Positions 1 through 17,380 are shown, numbered from the stretch's first letter. The stretch is 64,000 bases of DNA from Auanema rhodensis (GCA_964057225.1 OZ059895.1:5022001-5086000); one strand, 5' to 3'. Made by a program: numbers and translations. Notes: generated by a model not told the origin, from the letters alone.

Positions 1-3000
1 TCGAAAAAATTAAATGATATCGAGGAGTAGACAGGAATATGCCCAAACAATTGTGAGAAACAAAGAGAAAAATGCTTGATACCTGAGGCGATCTTTCTCT
101 CGTGTCTTTAATCTTTTTATATTATAAGTCAAGTGTTCCAATTAACGCCCATCAGAACTTAAAAAACCGGCCCAATCGGAATAGTCTCAAAACCAAAAAC
201 GATTTATTGTTGTACTTGAATGTGTTATATGTATTTTTTGTTGAATAGAACGAATAAAATTTTAATTTGCTTTAGAGCTCTTACATTTCTCTCTTTTTTG
301 CGAGAAATACATTAAGCAACAAAGACGAACTCATAAGTAGCCAGCATGGTTTCTGTAATTGTTTAATGGTCCAACCAGTTATAGAGTTTCAACAATTTTT
401 CTTTCTTTCAGAAGCTCAAAACGTATTTTTTTTGTAGTTGCATTGCTATTTTTGGTTTACTATTTGTGTGCATTTTCTCAACCTTTTTTAACATTACATA
501 GTTTTAGAGCTCATATACACTTGATTTTGAAGTATATTATTACGAATAGATGAAGAAATTTTGATGTGGCAGTGTGTACGATGAGATAATGTTGCATTTT
601 ATTCTCTTTTCACCTTTTCTGAAGTCTTGCAGCTACCCCGTAGCTATGCATGTATATGTATATTGAATGAATCCAGTTTGACTATTGGATACTGTTTAAA
701 GTTAAAGAAATTACAATGAACTTATGAACATAGGTCTATTCATATGCATGAGCTTTAGAGCCTTAAAATTAATCAGAAAAAAATTTCTTTAGAGTGAAAA
801 TTTCTGGTATAAAATACTACCGACCAAGGCATATTTCCCATATTGTACTCATAATAAAATTTTTCTTCTATGGGCATCGTTTTTAGAAAGGTTTGGAAAG
901 ATATCATGTCTGATAAACTACTTTACTTTCTCTTATTATCATAGTTGATCTACCAAGCCTAGCTAAGATTTGCCAAAATAACTCAGCTATTATGCTTTCA
1001 AAAAGGGATGAAAGCTGAAAAGATGAACGTAATTTCAAGAGAAACAGTATTAAAAAGAAGATAGTGAGAGAACAAGAATATAACAGAGAGAGAGAAAAAA
1101 AATTGACAACGGCGACCAGCTGGAGATGTCTATCCAGTTTTGGCATTCCCATCATCGTCGCCAAACGTGATGATGGTCGGGTTAAGCCAGCGGCTGATCT
1201 TCATTCATTCCTTTTTTTACAGATCAGTATCTTAAGTTTTTTTACAAATCATTTTTTTCATAAAATTCCTTATGGAAAATCAACGTTACGTCCATTCTTA
1301 TCTCTTTTAATTGGTACTTCTTTTCTGTATAATTTGTGTTCCGTAGCTCACCCTCTTAACTCGCTTCTTAGAGGTCATCGAGTATATAATCTATGATCAT
1401 ATACATATGTATGGCTTCAGGAGCTAGAGATATTTTCATTGTCATCATCATATGTATTGTTATTTGAAACACTTCTTTCGACTGTCAGACGAGGACAGAT
1501 TTTATCTGTTGAAGTCATACAAAGTAACACCCGACACTAATTTGTTCAGTTGAAATATTCAAGCTGTTCTCGATAGATTCAAGTTATTCTTCTTTTATTT
1601 GTATATTGTACGGAAATCACTGAATGTAATGATTATTGCATATATATTTTCTTATACTTTTTCAACTTTTCAACACATTTTTCCTGAACAAAATTAGTTT
1701 TTTCTAAGTTTTTCAGGAAAAAGAAACGTTCGACAATTTACTATATTATACGTTTATTTTTTTTAAAGATACTGTAGTTTTTATCTTCCAATCTAATAGT
1801 TTTTTAAAGTTACTCCTTTGTTTTCATATTATTTTTTAGCGCAAACAAGCTTGATTTTTAATACTGATGATATTAAAAAAAAATAATGTTATTCGGTCTC
1901 TATAATAACTGAACGTTTTAGAAAAGCCCAAAACATTATTTTCAACATGTTCTTATAGCAGACTTTATTGAACTTGCGCTATATTTCTTTATAATTTTCA
2001 ACTGAAATTCAATTGAAAATGCTGTTTTAATTTTATCTGTAAATCTTACTCACCCCTGAAAAGCCCCTGAAAAGATATCTTGAATGAGAAAAATTTACAA
2101 ATCTTTAAGCTTAAAGCGATAATAATCAACAAATGTTTTGTTCTCCATTTTTATTAAAAATTATCTTATAGACCAGAAAGTGGATAATGAGAAGAATCGC
2201 TCATCATCCACAAACTTAATGACGCTGATTTTTCCTCAATATTTAATTAGAAAGCTCTTCTTTAAGGTTTATAGAAATTTATAAAAATTATTGACACAGG
2301 AATGTTTTTTTAATATACATGTATGTATATTTCGCTTTCTTTGCCCAGATCAGTGAAACTGTGACTGTGTCCAAAATTAGTCGTTGTCCTTAAGTTCCAG
2401 CTTTATTCGTTATGTCAAATATATTAAAACTGATAAGTAAATGAATAGGCTGAAATTTTTATATAAACTGTGAACACAGTTCTTATATTATTCTATAGAA
2501 CTTCTTATTTTTCTGTTCCTTGACTGTTTTTGTTCAAGAACGTGAGACGAATACAACAATACACATGTCGTACAACAAGCATTTTTATCTATCTCATTTA
2601 CAAGATTCATCTTACTATATTACGGAAGTTCACGGCTTTCACTCTGTTTTTCGAAAAGATTTGTTAGCATTATTAGTTTTTAGTTTACAGAATTATTCCA
2701 AGAACTATGTTATAATAATAAATACGCTCAACATTTCAATAATCAGAAAAAGGCTATTGTGATTTAATTACTTTACTTGATTGTTGCTATACATTATCTA
2801 ATTAAGAAATACATATTAAAAACAATTAATGATAAAAAAAACTGCCTTAACCGCATTGTTGGTTAGGAAAGAGTATCAGTTATATCTTTTCATTGTTGCA
2901 ATCTCATAAAACTTAACAAACCTCTGCTATCCGTTTGCTTCGTTTTGCATGCAATACATTACAGCAATAATTCTTGTAATCAAATACAGCAAGAGTATTT

Positions 3001-3813
3001 ATCAAGTATTTATACAGATCGTCACAAGAAAGTCAGAAATTGCAATACCGTTAAAAATATTTTTTAATATATTGAAACGAAGTGGAATTTATTGAAATAG
3101 CCTTGAAGAATAGCTGAGACCTCAAGAAAAAACATACATTCCGTAAATCATTTGCTTTTCATAGTAATGAATTAAAACCTGCTTTCGGTAAGCAGAACAG
3201 TACGCTAGTACGGTTAGCTTAAACTTGCATGTTTCCACTCTATTTTTGATTTCCTTCATATTCAGCAATTCTTATTTAACTCTTATTAAAAAAGTTATTA
3301 CCACTTTAAATGATATTTTCTATGTTTTCTTAAAAACGTTAGAAGTCTCGTCGAACAGATAAAACAGATAAACGGGCTGAGCCTTCTAAACGTAGCAGCA
3401 CTATATGTAAATTGTATATTATGCCCATGCCCGTCATTGGCAGTCGTACATATTTTTGCGAAAAGAAGAAGCATTTACAATCCATAGTTGAACTATCTAT
3501 TAGACTATGTATACATAGATTCCCGTACCAAAACGTATGGTCATTTATGTACGATTGAGTAATAGTTTTTTTCTAATTTATTTTTATATAAAGCATTTTA
3601 CCCAGGATAATTGTGGATAATTCGCTCATTAGTGAGGGGGTCGCAAAAGTCCCAACTTCCAGTTTATTTTCATTTTATCTCTCCGTCTATGTGTGTTCAT
3701 CAATGCTGTTTGAAACAAATTGTTCTTTTGTAACTAAATCATTTATTGCTTTCTTTCTCTTAAATTGCTTATTTATATAATAATATTAACATCTTTTAAC
3801 AGATTGCAAGAGC

Positions 3814-6800
3814 ATGAGGGTACGATGGCGTTTTCCTATCTTAATTTTGATAATAAGTTCTTATTTCACTTCTGCGTCAATACATGACGGGCCCAACAAT
3901 GAGTTTGTTATTTATTCTCTCATGATTAAAATTTTAAAAGTTCGTTTATAGGATTTTTGTTGTTATCCGAGCTATTCCAAAAACTGATGAACAGCTAACA
4001 TATATTCGGCAGCTGCATGACAAGATGGATGATTACCATGTAAGTTTTATAACAAACAAGCCTATGTTACTAAAGAATGTGTTCTCTTTTTCAGCTTGAT
4101 TTTTGGCTCAGCCCTCAAAAGATCGATCACAAAGCTGATATAATGATTAGAGAATCTCGCTATAAGTGGCTTGCGAAACAGTTTAATGATAACGGGATTG
4201 AGTATAATATAACAATTCCTGATGTTCAAAAGTTGGTTTGTCTTGATTACTAGATGAAACAGCAAACTTTAGACTTATATTAAACCGAGAGCACAAATTA
4301 AAAAGCTCAGATATGACTTCTAGCTTCTCGAAACGTTTGCATGATGATCAAGGGAATAAGGCTAGAGTGAGATTTGAGATTAAATTTCATAGAATATAAT
4401 TTTACTTGTAGTACGGATTCGGTGATTATCACTCATATGAAACAATTATGAACTGGATGGATGATATTGCTCGATTATATCCAGATAGAGCATCTGTTTT
4501 AACTATTGGAACAACTGAAGAAGAACGTCCAATTCGTACAATCAAAGTAGATAATAAATAAGAAATATCTATTCGAATATATTATATTCAGATTGGAAAG
4601 AATGTTCAAGATACAAATAAACCTGTGTTTTGGATTGATGGTGGCATTCATGCTCGCGAGTGGGCTGCTGTTCATACAGCCCTGTACTTCATTGATCGTG
4701 TACGTTTGAATTAAATTTCAATGTTTTAATAAGTTATAATTGTTTCTTAGTTAATCGCTGATTACGATTCCGATTCAACTGTTCGCAATGCTGTTGATAA
4801 TCTTCATTTTTATGTTACGCCAGTACTTAATCCTGATGGTTATGAATATTCTCGTAGTGGAGTTTCTCCAATGGTATTTTTCAAGTATATATGCGCATAA
4901 TCAAGCTTCGTATAGATTCGTTTGTGGCGTAAAAATAGAGCGAAGATAACTTGTAAAAAAGATCATTGGTTCCGTGAGCGTTGCTGCGGAGGTGTAGATT
5001 TGAATCGGAACTTTGACTGGTTCTTCGGAGGTATTAATCAAAAAAAAATTTTTTTTTAAATAACTCAAGCCACTATTCTTTAATCTTTATAAACATATCT
5101 ACAGAGATTGGTTCAAGCTCTGATCGATGCTCAGAAATATACCAGGGAGAAGCAGCATTTAGTGAAGCCGAATCTAGGTATCAATGAGGATTTGTATGAT
5201 TTAATCTTCCAATCGTTTTCACAGAGCTGTTAGAGATATGATGTTTTCTCCAGCTTTAAAGAATAAGGTGCAGGGTTTCATAACTCTTCATACCTACTCA
5301 CAAATGTGGATTCATCCTTTCAGTCATCAGAGAAAAAGTTTCCCACCTGATATGCCTGAAATTGTAGACCATAATTTTCAATGGAAAGTTAGAAAAAGAG
5401 CTTATATTTTATAGGAAAAAGTTGGTAGAGCTGGAGTAGCTGCTTTACAGAATGTTTATGGAACTAAATATCGTTTTGGAACTGGAGCTGACATTTTGTG
5501 TGAGTTTGTTAATTTCTACTTTTTTTAGTCACAGTCTCCAATATATCTACATTTTTTCAGATCCCTCATCTGGAGGATCTGATGACTGGGCCAAAGGTAA
5601 AGGAGGGGCTAAATTTGTTTACCTCTTGGAATTGCGTCCCGGAGATGAAGGTTTGCTGAGAAAAACTGGTGGAAATAATTAATTTTTTTAGTTTGGGACG
5701 GATTCATTCTTGATTCTCGTCAACTTATACCGACTGGAAAAGAAACATGGGCTGGAGTACGAGTAGTGATTAATGCAGTTTTAGATCGAGCACGCAAGGG
5801 TTTGTTCAAAACTTTGTATTTTTCTCTGTTATGGTTTTGTTCGCATGATTCATTTATATGCATTAACCGACCTCGCCTTAGCACTGCTCTAAGATCATTA
5901 ACCCGATTGGATGTTTTCTTGCATGGGCGTAGTTTGCAGATAGTTCAGCAGTTAGCGCTTTGAAGTCACCACTGATCACTTTTGTCTCCAATACCACCAG
6001 CACCTCCAGCACCTCCAGCGCCAACATCATTCCAACGTCTACCATTCCCGTTATTTTAAAAGAAAATTCCACCCTCTCATTGACTATCAAGCCAACCACA
6101 TTTCAAATTTCTGCAGCAAAAGATATCAATAGCTCTAGCGGGAATCAAATTCAAAGTACCACTACTTCACCAGATATGCCTGCACAAACCACGGTTCACC
6201 CCGTAGTCTCTTCAATTATTGAAACTACGACTATCAGTAATTATTCTCCGGCAACGGTTAATAACATAGCAATATCTACGGTAGCACCAATAGATGAGAA
6301 TCCCGCAATTCTTACTTCTAAAACTCAAAATGATGACGATGTCTTCACTTTAGTTGACAAAGCAAATGTAACCTTTGATCCAAATTCCAATACTTCGTCC
6401 GTTATTGATAAGAAAAAGCCTATTAATACTGAAACTGTTAACTCATCAAAAGAGAAAAATTTTGCTGATTCATCGTCACCACAACCTGCTGAAGTAAAGG
6501 AGGAATCTGTTCAAAGTACAACTAGTAGAACAACTGTTGTAGTTAACAGTATAACTTCACACGAAAAACTCAGTCCGACAGAAAAAAATTCATTAGTGGA
6601 AACAGAAATGATACATAACCTCTCAAATGATATGAAGATCCCTCCTTTTCCTCATGGATTACACGAGAAAGATGTTTTATCCCTTTTAGACAGAAAACCG
6701 AATTTCACCTTAGTCGTACATTCTCAGGAAGAACTAAGTACGATTCCAACGAACCCAATAACAACCACTACAATAAAAACAATAACTAAGGAAAAAGATG

Positions 6801-8968
6801 TTGAAACTGTTCAGGAAACTATACCAGTTCCAGAGACAACAGTTAAGGGCGAAGGAGTTGTTTCTCTAAAAAATGAAGAATCTTTTGCCAAATCACATCA
6901 AGAGAGTTTTTTCACTACGATGGAATCGTCTAATTTGACTCGACAAAAGGAAAAAGAAGATATAAAAAAGGCGCCTGAAATATTAGACAATGTTTCAACT
7001 AATGTTGACATTGAAAAAAAAACTTCTAATGACTCTATTTCACGTATAGCATCTGTTGCTATTGACCAAAATTCGCAAACATTTTTGGATAAATTCACCA
7101 CTTCTGTCCAAATTGATTCACAACACTTGATCACAACCACAACTACACAGTCTTCAAACATCGAAAATAGTATTGAAAGAGACATATCCCCGAAATCAAT
7201 TGAAAGCATTAAAGTTCCACTTGTAAATACAAGTATTATAAATGCTCATGAAGATTCTACAGGAGTTGAAATATTAAACGACGTTGCCAATAATCTAGAC
7301 GCTACAACTCAAGTATCTGAAAATATTATGGAACATTCAACTGTTGCTTCAAGCATTTTTAAAGCAACAATTCAAAGAGATGGTCATCGGGCACTTACTG
7401 GATTTAGAGCAGATTTAGCAACAGAAAGCTTCAACAATGCAGATTTAGATAGAAGTGAAGAGGATTCGTCAGAAAATGACCAGATAAACTCAAATTCATC
7501 GACTAGCAAGATTAATAATTTCATATTACAAAAGTCAGCAAGTTTACAACCACATATTTCTCAGGAGGATGATAACTTTGAATCCGCACTATTCTTCCTT
7601 GCAGCTCGGCATCAACAAATGAGGATTGATCCTCGAGTAGCTAAGCTAATCACGGTTCCACGATTTTCTGAGCCTCCAAAATCTCAATCTATACCAGAGT
7701 CAACAACATCTACAACTACTCTTGAATCAACTATGTCCACTACTACTCTCGAGCCAATTACAACCACAACTATCGAACCACATAACACACTGATCGCTGC
7801 AATATCAACTACATCATCTCCAAAAGCTTTAACTTTTGTTTCTAATCCTTCGGAAACATTTAAAGCAGTTGAAAATTCAAAAACCCGCATTTTTGATTCG
7901 ATTCCCGCAGAAATCGTACAGCGTGGTCCGTTTCTAGTTGGATTCCGTGAAGTTCGTCCTACAATTCGGACATTCCGTTTTCAAAAACCTTTGCTACCCG
8001 CCACAAACTCTTCTGACATTTCTGTGCAGGCAGATTTAGGCGTCATCGGAGAACGTACAGTAAATTTACCATCATCACTCAATAATTCATTTAGTAAATT
8101 GCCTCAAATTTTTCATGTTACCCCATCACCAACTAACACAAAAGACTTTGTAGAATCTCGTACTAATCCTCTGAAGTTTGAATCACAGCACAATGTGTCT
8201 CCACATAGTAGCACACGTCCTCCATTTCTTCGAGGTTTTCGTATTCGTCCTCCTCCTGTCTTTGACCGATTCTTCAATGATCGTAATCCAGCATCATCTC
8301 CGAGAAGCTTCGAAATTTCTTCTGCACATCGTCCTACAACTACTACAACTACCACCATAACAACTACCACGACTCTCCCAACTACACATAGTCTGACCAC
8401 TACGACAACTACAACTGTTGCTCCAAGTACTACGGAGCCTGTAGTCATTATGAATAGATTCCAACCACGTCAAAGACCCGTATGTCCAACAATCGGTAAT
8501 AAACTGAAAATAAATATTTATAGACACTTCTTAGTGGAGAATCTTCACGTACTTTCTTGATGGAGCGCTTACGCCAACAGCAAAATCATCTCCAACAAAT
8601 GAAGCGCATTCAACAAAACAGAATACGTGAACAGCAAGAAATGAGAACACATATACGTAAGTTTACCAGAAAATACAAGACTATCAACGATTCAGGAAAT
8701 AAAGAAATAGAATACCCCAAAAACCCGCTTATCAGTAGTACAGTCCAATAAACTGCATGTGAAACTAAACTTATATTATTAACATTTGAACACTATTTCG
8801 AATTCTAATGCATGAGTGCATACAGTCTAAAAACAATAAACTAGCATGTTGCATTTTGTGAATTTCTCGTTCTTCAAATTGTACTTTTTACACCAGTTAT
8901 TATTTCAGAACGACCAGAGTCAAGTCGTATAACAGGTGATACATTTTCTCTACAGCAGAAGTTCACTC

Positions 8969-9009
<41 letters not shown>

Positions 9010-9371
9010 AATAAACCATTTGTTCAATTTCAAGTTCGTTCTTCACATATTTATTTTTGCTTAAACATTTAAACTCAAATAGATATTAATTTTAATTTGC
9101 TTTTTGAGAAATATATACTAACTAATTTCAGAATCAATTCCAATTAGAACAACAGCAACAACTACAACAGCAGAGTCAACTTATGACTCAAATTCAGCAG
9201 CAACAACTCCGCAATTCATTCCAAGCCCAATCAAATGGCTTTACAGTTATGCGGTGCACAGATTTGTCACCCTGGTGTTCTGCATGGATTAGTAGTAGTC
9301 CAAACATATGCGCTGTATCTTCCATATATATGAGAAGAGACTGTGCTCGATCTTGCCGGTATTGTCAATAA
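3814..9371 (+). CDS. Secreted M14A zinc carboxypeptidase (prodomain and catalytic domain) with Thr/Ser-rich mucin-like linker, Gln-rich region and C-terminal ShKT domain; multi-exon
   Basis: ATG 3814 opens a signal peptide (MRVRWRFPILILIISSYFTSA). Spliced exons give DGGIHAREW (HxxE), NPDGYEYS, LWRKNR, GVDLNRNF, LHTYSQ, YPSSGGSDDW and LELR. Large exon 5940-8479 matches the 866-aa ORF. Last exon CTDLSPWCSAWISSSPNICAVSSIYMRRDCARSCRYC is a six-Cys ShKT pattern; stop 9369-9371. Confidence 0.92.
8968..9009 (+). repeat. (CAA)14 coding microsatellite (polyGln) in carboxypeptidase exon 8909-9033
   Basis: 14 consecutive CAA read directly, in frame. Confidence 0.95.
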
Positions 9372-9992
9372 TCGTTTTGTTATCTCTAATCAATTATAAC
9401 CAAGAATAGCTTGATTTATAGAGATTCATTGAAAACCATGAACAGTTCTCACAATGTTGACACAAACTTGTTATTATATTTCACATTAGATACAAAATAT
9501 TCTGCTCAAAATCATAGCATGACATCATTTAAATTAATTAATTAACTTCTTACAACTCGTTCCTTTTTCCGAAATGTTGCTTTGGTTTGAATAGTGTCGA
9601 TAGTTTTCTAACCTTTTCGTTAAGTCTAGTTTCTCTTTCACGGCCAAATTTGAGACTCATTCTTACTTTTGCAAGCCGCTGAACATCTTGCTTTATAATT
9701 TCATTTTTTTATGACAATCGTTATTTACTTAATAATAAAAAATTATTTCTCAAAAAATACTCCGGTCCAATACATACATACAATTTCAATGACGTAAATA
9801 TTACTTGGTGTTCGAAATAAGTATTTATTGAAATGTAAAATTACAACGCAGTTAAAGTTAAAGGTTAAATTATAAGAAATATTTCGTATATTAAGTAAAA
9901 AAATGAAACAAAAAAAGCAGTAAGGAATGCATATATATTGGGTCTTGCTACACTTAGTGTAAACTTTTTTTCATGTAAGTAGTGATTTTGAT

Positions 9993-12150
9993 TTAATGTC
10001 GATGTCTGCCTGGAGCGACCCATCCTCCAAATGCTTCTTCCAAATCTTTGGCAACTGCAATAAGAAGACGGTCCATCTGCCGGGCACAAACAACCTTGAA
10101 TTTGAATTGTATATCTCTAAGAGCTAGGTATAAAAAATAAACCTGAACACCAAGAGGAAGCCCATTTTTATCTAAACCCATTGGACACTGTACCACCGGA
10201 AGGGCAAGAGAATTAAAAAGAGAAGTGTACGCGAGATTCAACGGAGAAAGCAATGGTTGGTTGTGATATGGAGCAGTGCAAGACCAACTAAAAAAACTTT
10301 ATATGACGTTTTAAAGCTAATCTCATACCTGGGAAACAAGAAAACTCCATCATTTCCAAGAAGCTCGGTTAACTCGCGGATTAAACGATCTCGCTTGTAG
10401 AAGAACTAGAATACAGAGAGTTAAAATTCAAGTTATAATAACAAAAAATTTTTTTGAACCTCATTCTTTGTTTCTTCACTCATCGTTTCAGCACCGTCGA
10501 CTAAACCTGCTATTACAGCAGCAACTGTGTGTTCAGATTTACCAAAAATCAATTTTGGGATTTCCTTAAGGCAGTTGACAGAACCTTGATTTCCCTAGAA
10601 CGTTATTGTTTTAAGAAATCATTGAAATTGAAATAAACTTCTGTGCTAAGCATATATTGATTCATATACGGTCCTCCTTTAGTTTCCATACTTGTTAAAA
10701 AGAATTCAATTGCATGGCGAACAAGTGGAAGAGATAGGCGATGAGCAACAATGTCATGCTTAGTTTCCAAGTACTTTACTGCCTCAAATAAAAAAAAATA
10801 TATTAAAGTAGGCGAAGCTCAAAAAAACATTTCTCAATGTTTTCTTCATTTCATAGCTGAGTGGCTGAACAAAAGCGTTCTCTTGAACTCCTTCCATATA
10901 GTAAATTTTTAGTTTGCGCATAGCAACAGGCTCATCTAAGCGAAGATCGTTAACGTTCTCTCCCCCCATTACCTGAAATAATATGGATTGTGTAATCAGA
11001 AACAATAGCTGGCTTTTATACTTTAAACATTAAAGGTAAATCTTCAGCATAACGGCACATAGGTCCAACTCGAAGCATTTGAGCTTTATATCCTGGGGCA
11101 TCAGGAAGATGACCATCCAATGAAACTACTCCTAAAATAAGCAACATGTTTAATTGGCAATGAACAAGAATAATAGCCTGGAGTAGACTTGAATCCGAAA
11201 ATTCCGTTAAAGAATGAAGGTATACGAATACTTCCTCCTATATCACTTCCAATTCCAATCTAGACTATATTGATTAGAAAACATTATTATATAGACTAAC
11301 CAAACTTCCAGCAGCGCCAATCAAGCAGCCTTCACCTCCACTGGATCCTCCAGCTATTCTTCTCGTGTCATAAGGGTTATTAGTTTTGCCGTAAATGTTA
11401 TTGTTGGTTTCAACCCACATGCATACTTCAGGAACGTTAGTAATAGCTAATAGAATACCCCCTGCTTTTTGCACTCTTTAAAGCAATATAAATGACAAAA
11501 ATTAATAAACTTACAAAATACCTTTTAACAACTTCAGCAGTTCTGTTACAGCGAGTATTTTTTCGGTTATAAATACCGCAAGTGATGATTTTTCCATCAA
11601 CTTCTAAGGCATCCTTCATCGTGAAAGGTACACCAGCCAGTGGATGTAATTGGACAAACTTAATCCCTCACGTATGTTATATTGAGCAGCACATATGATA
11701 CTCTACCTCTTTAAGTTCATCGTCATCCATATCAGAGATCCTTGTGTCCAAATCATGAGCCAAAGCTCTATAAATTAATTTTAGGTCCACGAATCTTATC
11801 AGTCAAAAATTAAAATACCGTGCTTCGGTAAAGTTATTCTGGCAAACAGCATTAACTTTAGAATTAATTTGCTCAATGCGATGAATGTATGTATCAATTA
11901 ACTCAATAGATTGAATCTACAAAGATAATCTAATATACTACTATTATCTAACTCTCACTTCTCGTCTAGCAATCATGCCTACAGCTTGAGTTGCACTGAT
12001 CAACAGTAAATCTTGACTTGGCTCAGGTACAGCATCCCTGGGTAAGAACCAATTATACAACTCAAATACCAATTGAAGGAAGAAGAAATAGACCCTGGTG
12101 TTGATAATGATAATTGGATTCAAAACCCGATACACAATGGAAGGCACCAT
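9993..12150 (-). CDS. Amidase-signature family enzyme, FAAH2-like; multi-exon
   Basis: Exons give GVPFTMKD, AITNVPEVCMWVETNN, RIAGGSSGGEG, GIGSDIGGSIRIP and PMGLDKNGLPLGVQV. N-terminal hydrophobic anchor MVPSIVYRVLNPIIII follows a TTTCAG acceptor. Confidence 0.92.
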
Positions 12151-12910
12151 TTCAATGGTACAAAACCTGAAATACCGAATAATGAGATACATTTCAGGAA
12201 CAGAAGAAGCAACAATAAAAATAAATATAATAAATAAAAGAAAAGTTGAATCATTCGCAATAAATCGATTGGAATTGTAGGGTGAAAGTACAGGGAGCAA
12301 AGTACTGGCAACGATTACCCAAGTCAAAAGTGAAAATAATAAGAAGATTAGGCATTCATTTAAAGAAATGTATCTTTTTGATTAATTTATAAAATCAGAA
12401 CAGATCATAGTAGATCTCTTAAACTGAATGACTACAAGATATGATAAACGAAAACTAAAAATTATCAAACAACACATGACCATATTCCACTTTTTTTAAC
12501 ACACTTGATATTTTGAATTAATAGTTGTATTATTCTTTTTGTATATCGATACAGCTTTTTTTTAATAATTTTTGAAAAGCATTTAAAAAGTTATATGCAA
12601 GTTAATTTATAAACAAAACCAAGAAAAAATGAAGATAAATAAAATGCTATCTACAATTGATAATAATAATCAGTAAATTTTAAAAAAGTTTATGTACATA
12701 TATGGAACAGAGCCTAAAAAGTAATGTTATGTCCGAATATTACATGAAATTGACTCAAACAACCAGCCAAATAGTAGAATATAAGTTACAAAACTCGTGA
12801 AAGCAGGATAATTATGGCATACTGTTATGCATCAGCTAGATCATACGATGAATAAATGTTAAAATTAAAATATAAAGCTTAAAAATTTTCAAACGTAACT
12901 ACATCGAGGC

Positions 12911-14568
12911 CTAATCTTTATGAACTTTCAAAGCTCTTTCAAGTAAAGCTGCTTTTGTTGCATCACTGAAGCTTTTATATTCCTCAGTCATTCTTAGCTT
13001 CTTGATTTCACTCACGGTTTTAAACGTTCGCATGCAGGTGTCCTAGATAACAACGTTGAAAAAAAATTTTTTTGATTAAACATACTTGTAGTTTGGCTAA
13101 GCTATATTGGTCGGCCCAAACAAGCTTAGTCAAAATAGTTATTTCTTCTGTACAATCCATATTGACAAGAAACCTCTCACATTCATTGATAACATATTGT
13201 ATTTCATATTTATCTCCCAATTCAAGTAAATATTCTACATTTTCATCTGAAAATAATCAAATAATTTTTATATTAATTTGAAAACTAACGTGACACAGGT
13301 TTATGACTGGGGTAGATAACATTCAAAAGTTCAATAAACTCGTCTAATACAACATCCTCAAGTGGTATTTCTTTTTTTTCTCTTTCACTAAACTTAGAGA
13401 AAAACATAGCATGAAAAACAGGCGAATACAACGCAAGATACTGAAATTTTAATGATTAAAAAGAAATTAACGAGAATATCTCACAGTTTTGCTTACATGC
13501 AGGCGAATTCCATCGATAACAAACACGGCATCAGTTGTATATGGCTGCGGTACTTTAAAATTGAACACAGGATTTTTTCTTAATAAAACACAAGAGTATA
13601 AAACACAGAAAGCAATCATATCTACCTCACTCCCTTAGATTTTTGAACTGTTATTCGAGCTTCTACAACTACTTTATCGTTTTTAATATAACCTTTTTCA
13701 ACATCGAGAATGTCAGACCACTCCATAAACGAAGGAAAGCCCCAGTTATTTGAATTATAATTGAATTTATTCGTAAACTGAAATTAAATTTAGAAAAGAT
13801 CAAATCGAATGATATACTTGTCTTGAAAAATCAGGTATCTGATTAGGTTTCTGGGAGATTAAACGAAACTCTACAACAGCATCACATGACCATAAAGTGC
13901 TCTCGCTTTCCGGATTACAATCAATATATACCGAAAAAAATTTAACCTCAGAAGTTCTTTTTGTACATTCCGTTTTTGCGGCTAGTCGCCTAAAACAAAA
14001 TTTTATATAAGCAAAGGATCTGGGTTAAGCTACCAAGGCAAATTTCCTACATAATAAAAATCAGTGTTGACTTTAGTTTTCATTTGAGACAAACTATCAA
14101 TGTTTAGTTTAATAGAACCTGTATTTCTACTTTCTGAATTTCATTGAATTATCTTCAAAAAAAGCTTAGCCTCTTACCTAACAAAGTTGATAAACCAAGC
14201 TCATCAAAAGATTGGGAAAATTCGGATCCACAGTCGGATCCAGAAGGAATCCCGGAAATAATAGATGAACAAGCATCAGATGAATTCAAACCTGATTAAA
14301 AAACTTTAGAAGAAAAAAACGTCAACTTTACCGGCAAATAATCTTCTTGGAGGAAAATGTACACCAAGTGTGTTAACCACAGAAGCTATCATTTTTGGAC
14401 TATTTCGTTCTGAACTAGGACCCTAAAAAGAAAAAAACATGTTGACAATATATGAGATATTCAACGCACCGGAACGTTGTCTCTGGGATTGACAGAACGA
14501 CTGTTTTCCGGACTACCATTGCTATTAACTTGATCTCTATTAGTCCCATCCCCGCTGCTTTCCATCAT
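12911..14568 (-). CDS. MATH + BTB domain protein (nematode bath family); multi-exon
   Basis: MATH segments (VGNLPWRLAAK, FFSVYIDCNPESESTLWSCDA, NSNNWGFPSFMEW) followed by BTB segments (TDAVFVIDGIRLHVSK, YLALYSPVFHAMFFS, LELGDKYEIQYVINECERFL). Stop 12911-12913. Confidence 0.9.
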
Positions 14569-14843
14569 CTCAAATACATATAAGTCAAATAATTTTGTAA
14601 AAAAAAAACATTATTTCACGAAAAATAATAAAGCTGCTTTCTCTCGAACGAGTGATACAACTCACGCTTGTAAATGACATGCATCAATTACTGAAATGGG
14701 TATCTGCAAATAGTACCCCTCATTAATAGAATATTTAGTTTTAAAATAAAATATGAATGAACACAGAAGGAAAAATGTAAGCTAAACTTCTGTTTATTTT
14801 TCGAATATATAATATATATACATGTGTATACATTGGAATAATT

Positions 14844-17380
<2,537 letters not shown>

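Noticed and set aside
1-3800. Short ORFs and a small imperfect hairpin near 1148-1176
   Set aside because: No recognisable protein or ncRNA motif; treated as intergenic or regulatory. An exon of a gene outside the window cannot be excluded.
6898-8527. Val-rich minus-strand ORFs resembling membrane proteins
   Set aside because: Antisense of Thr-rich codons in the mucin exon.
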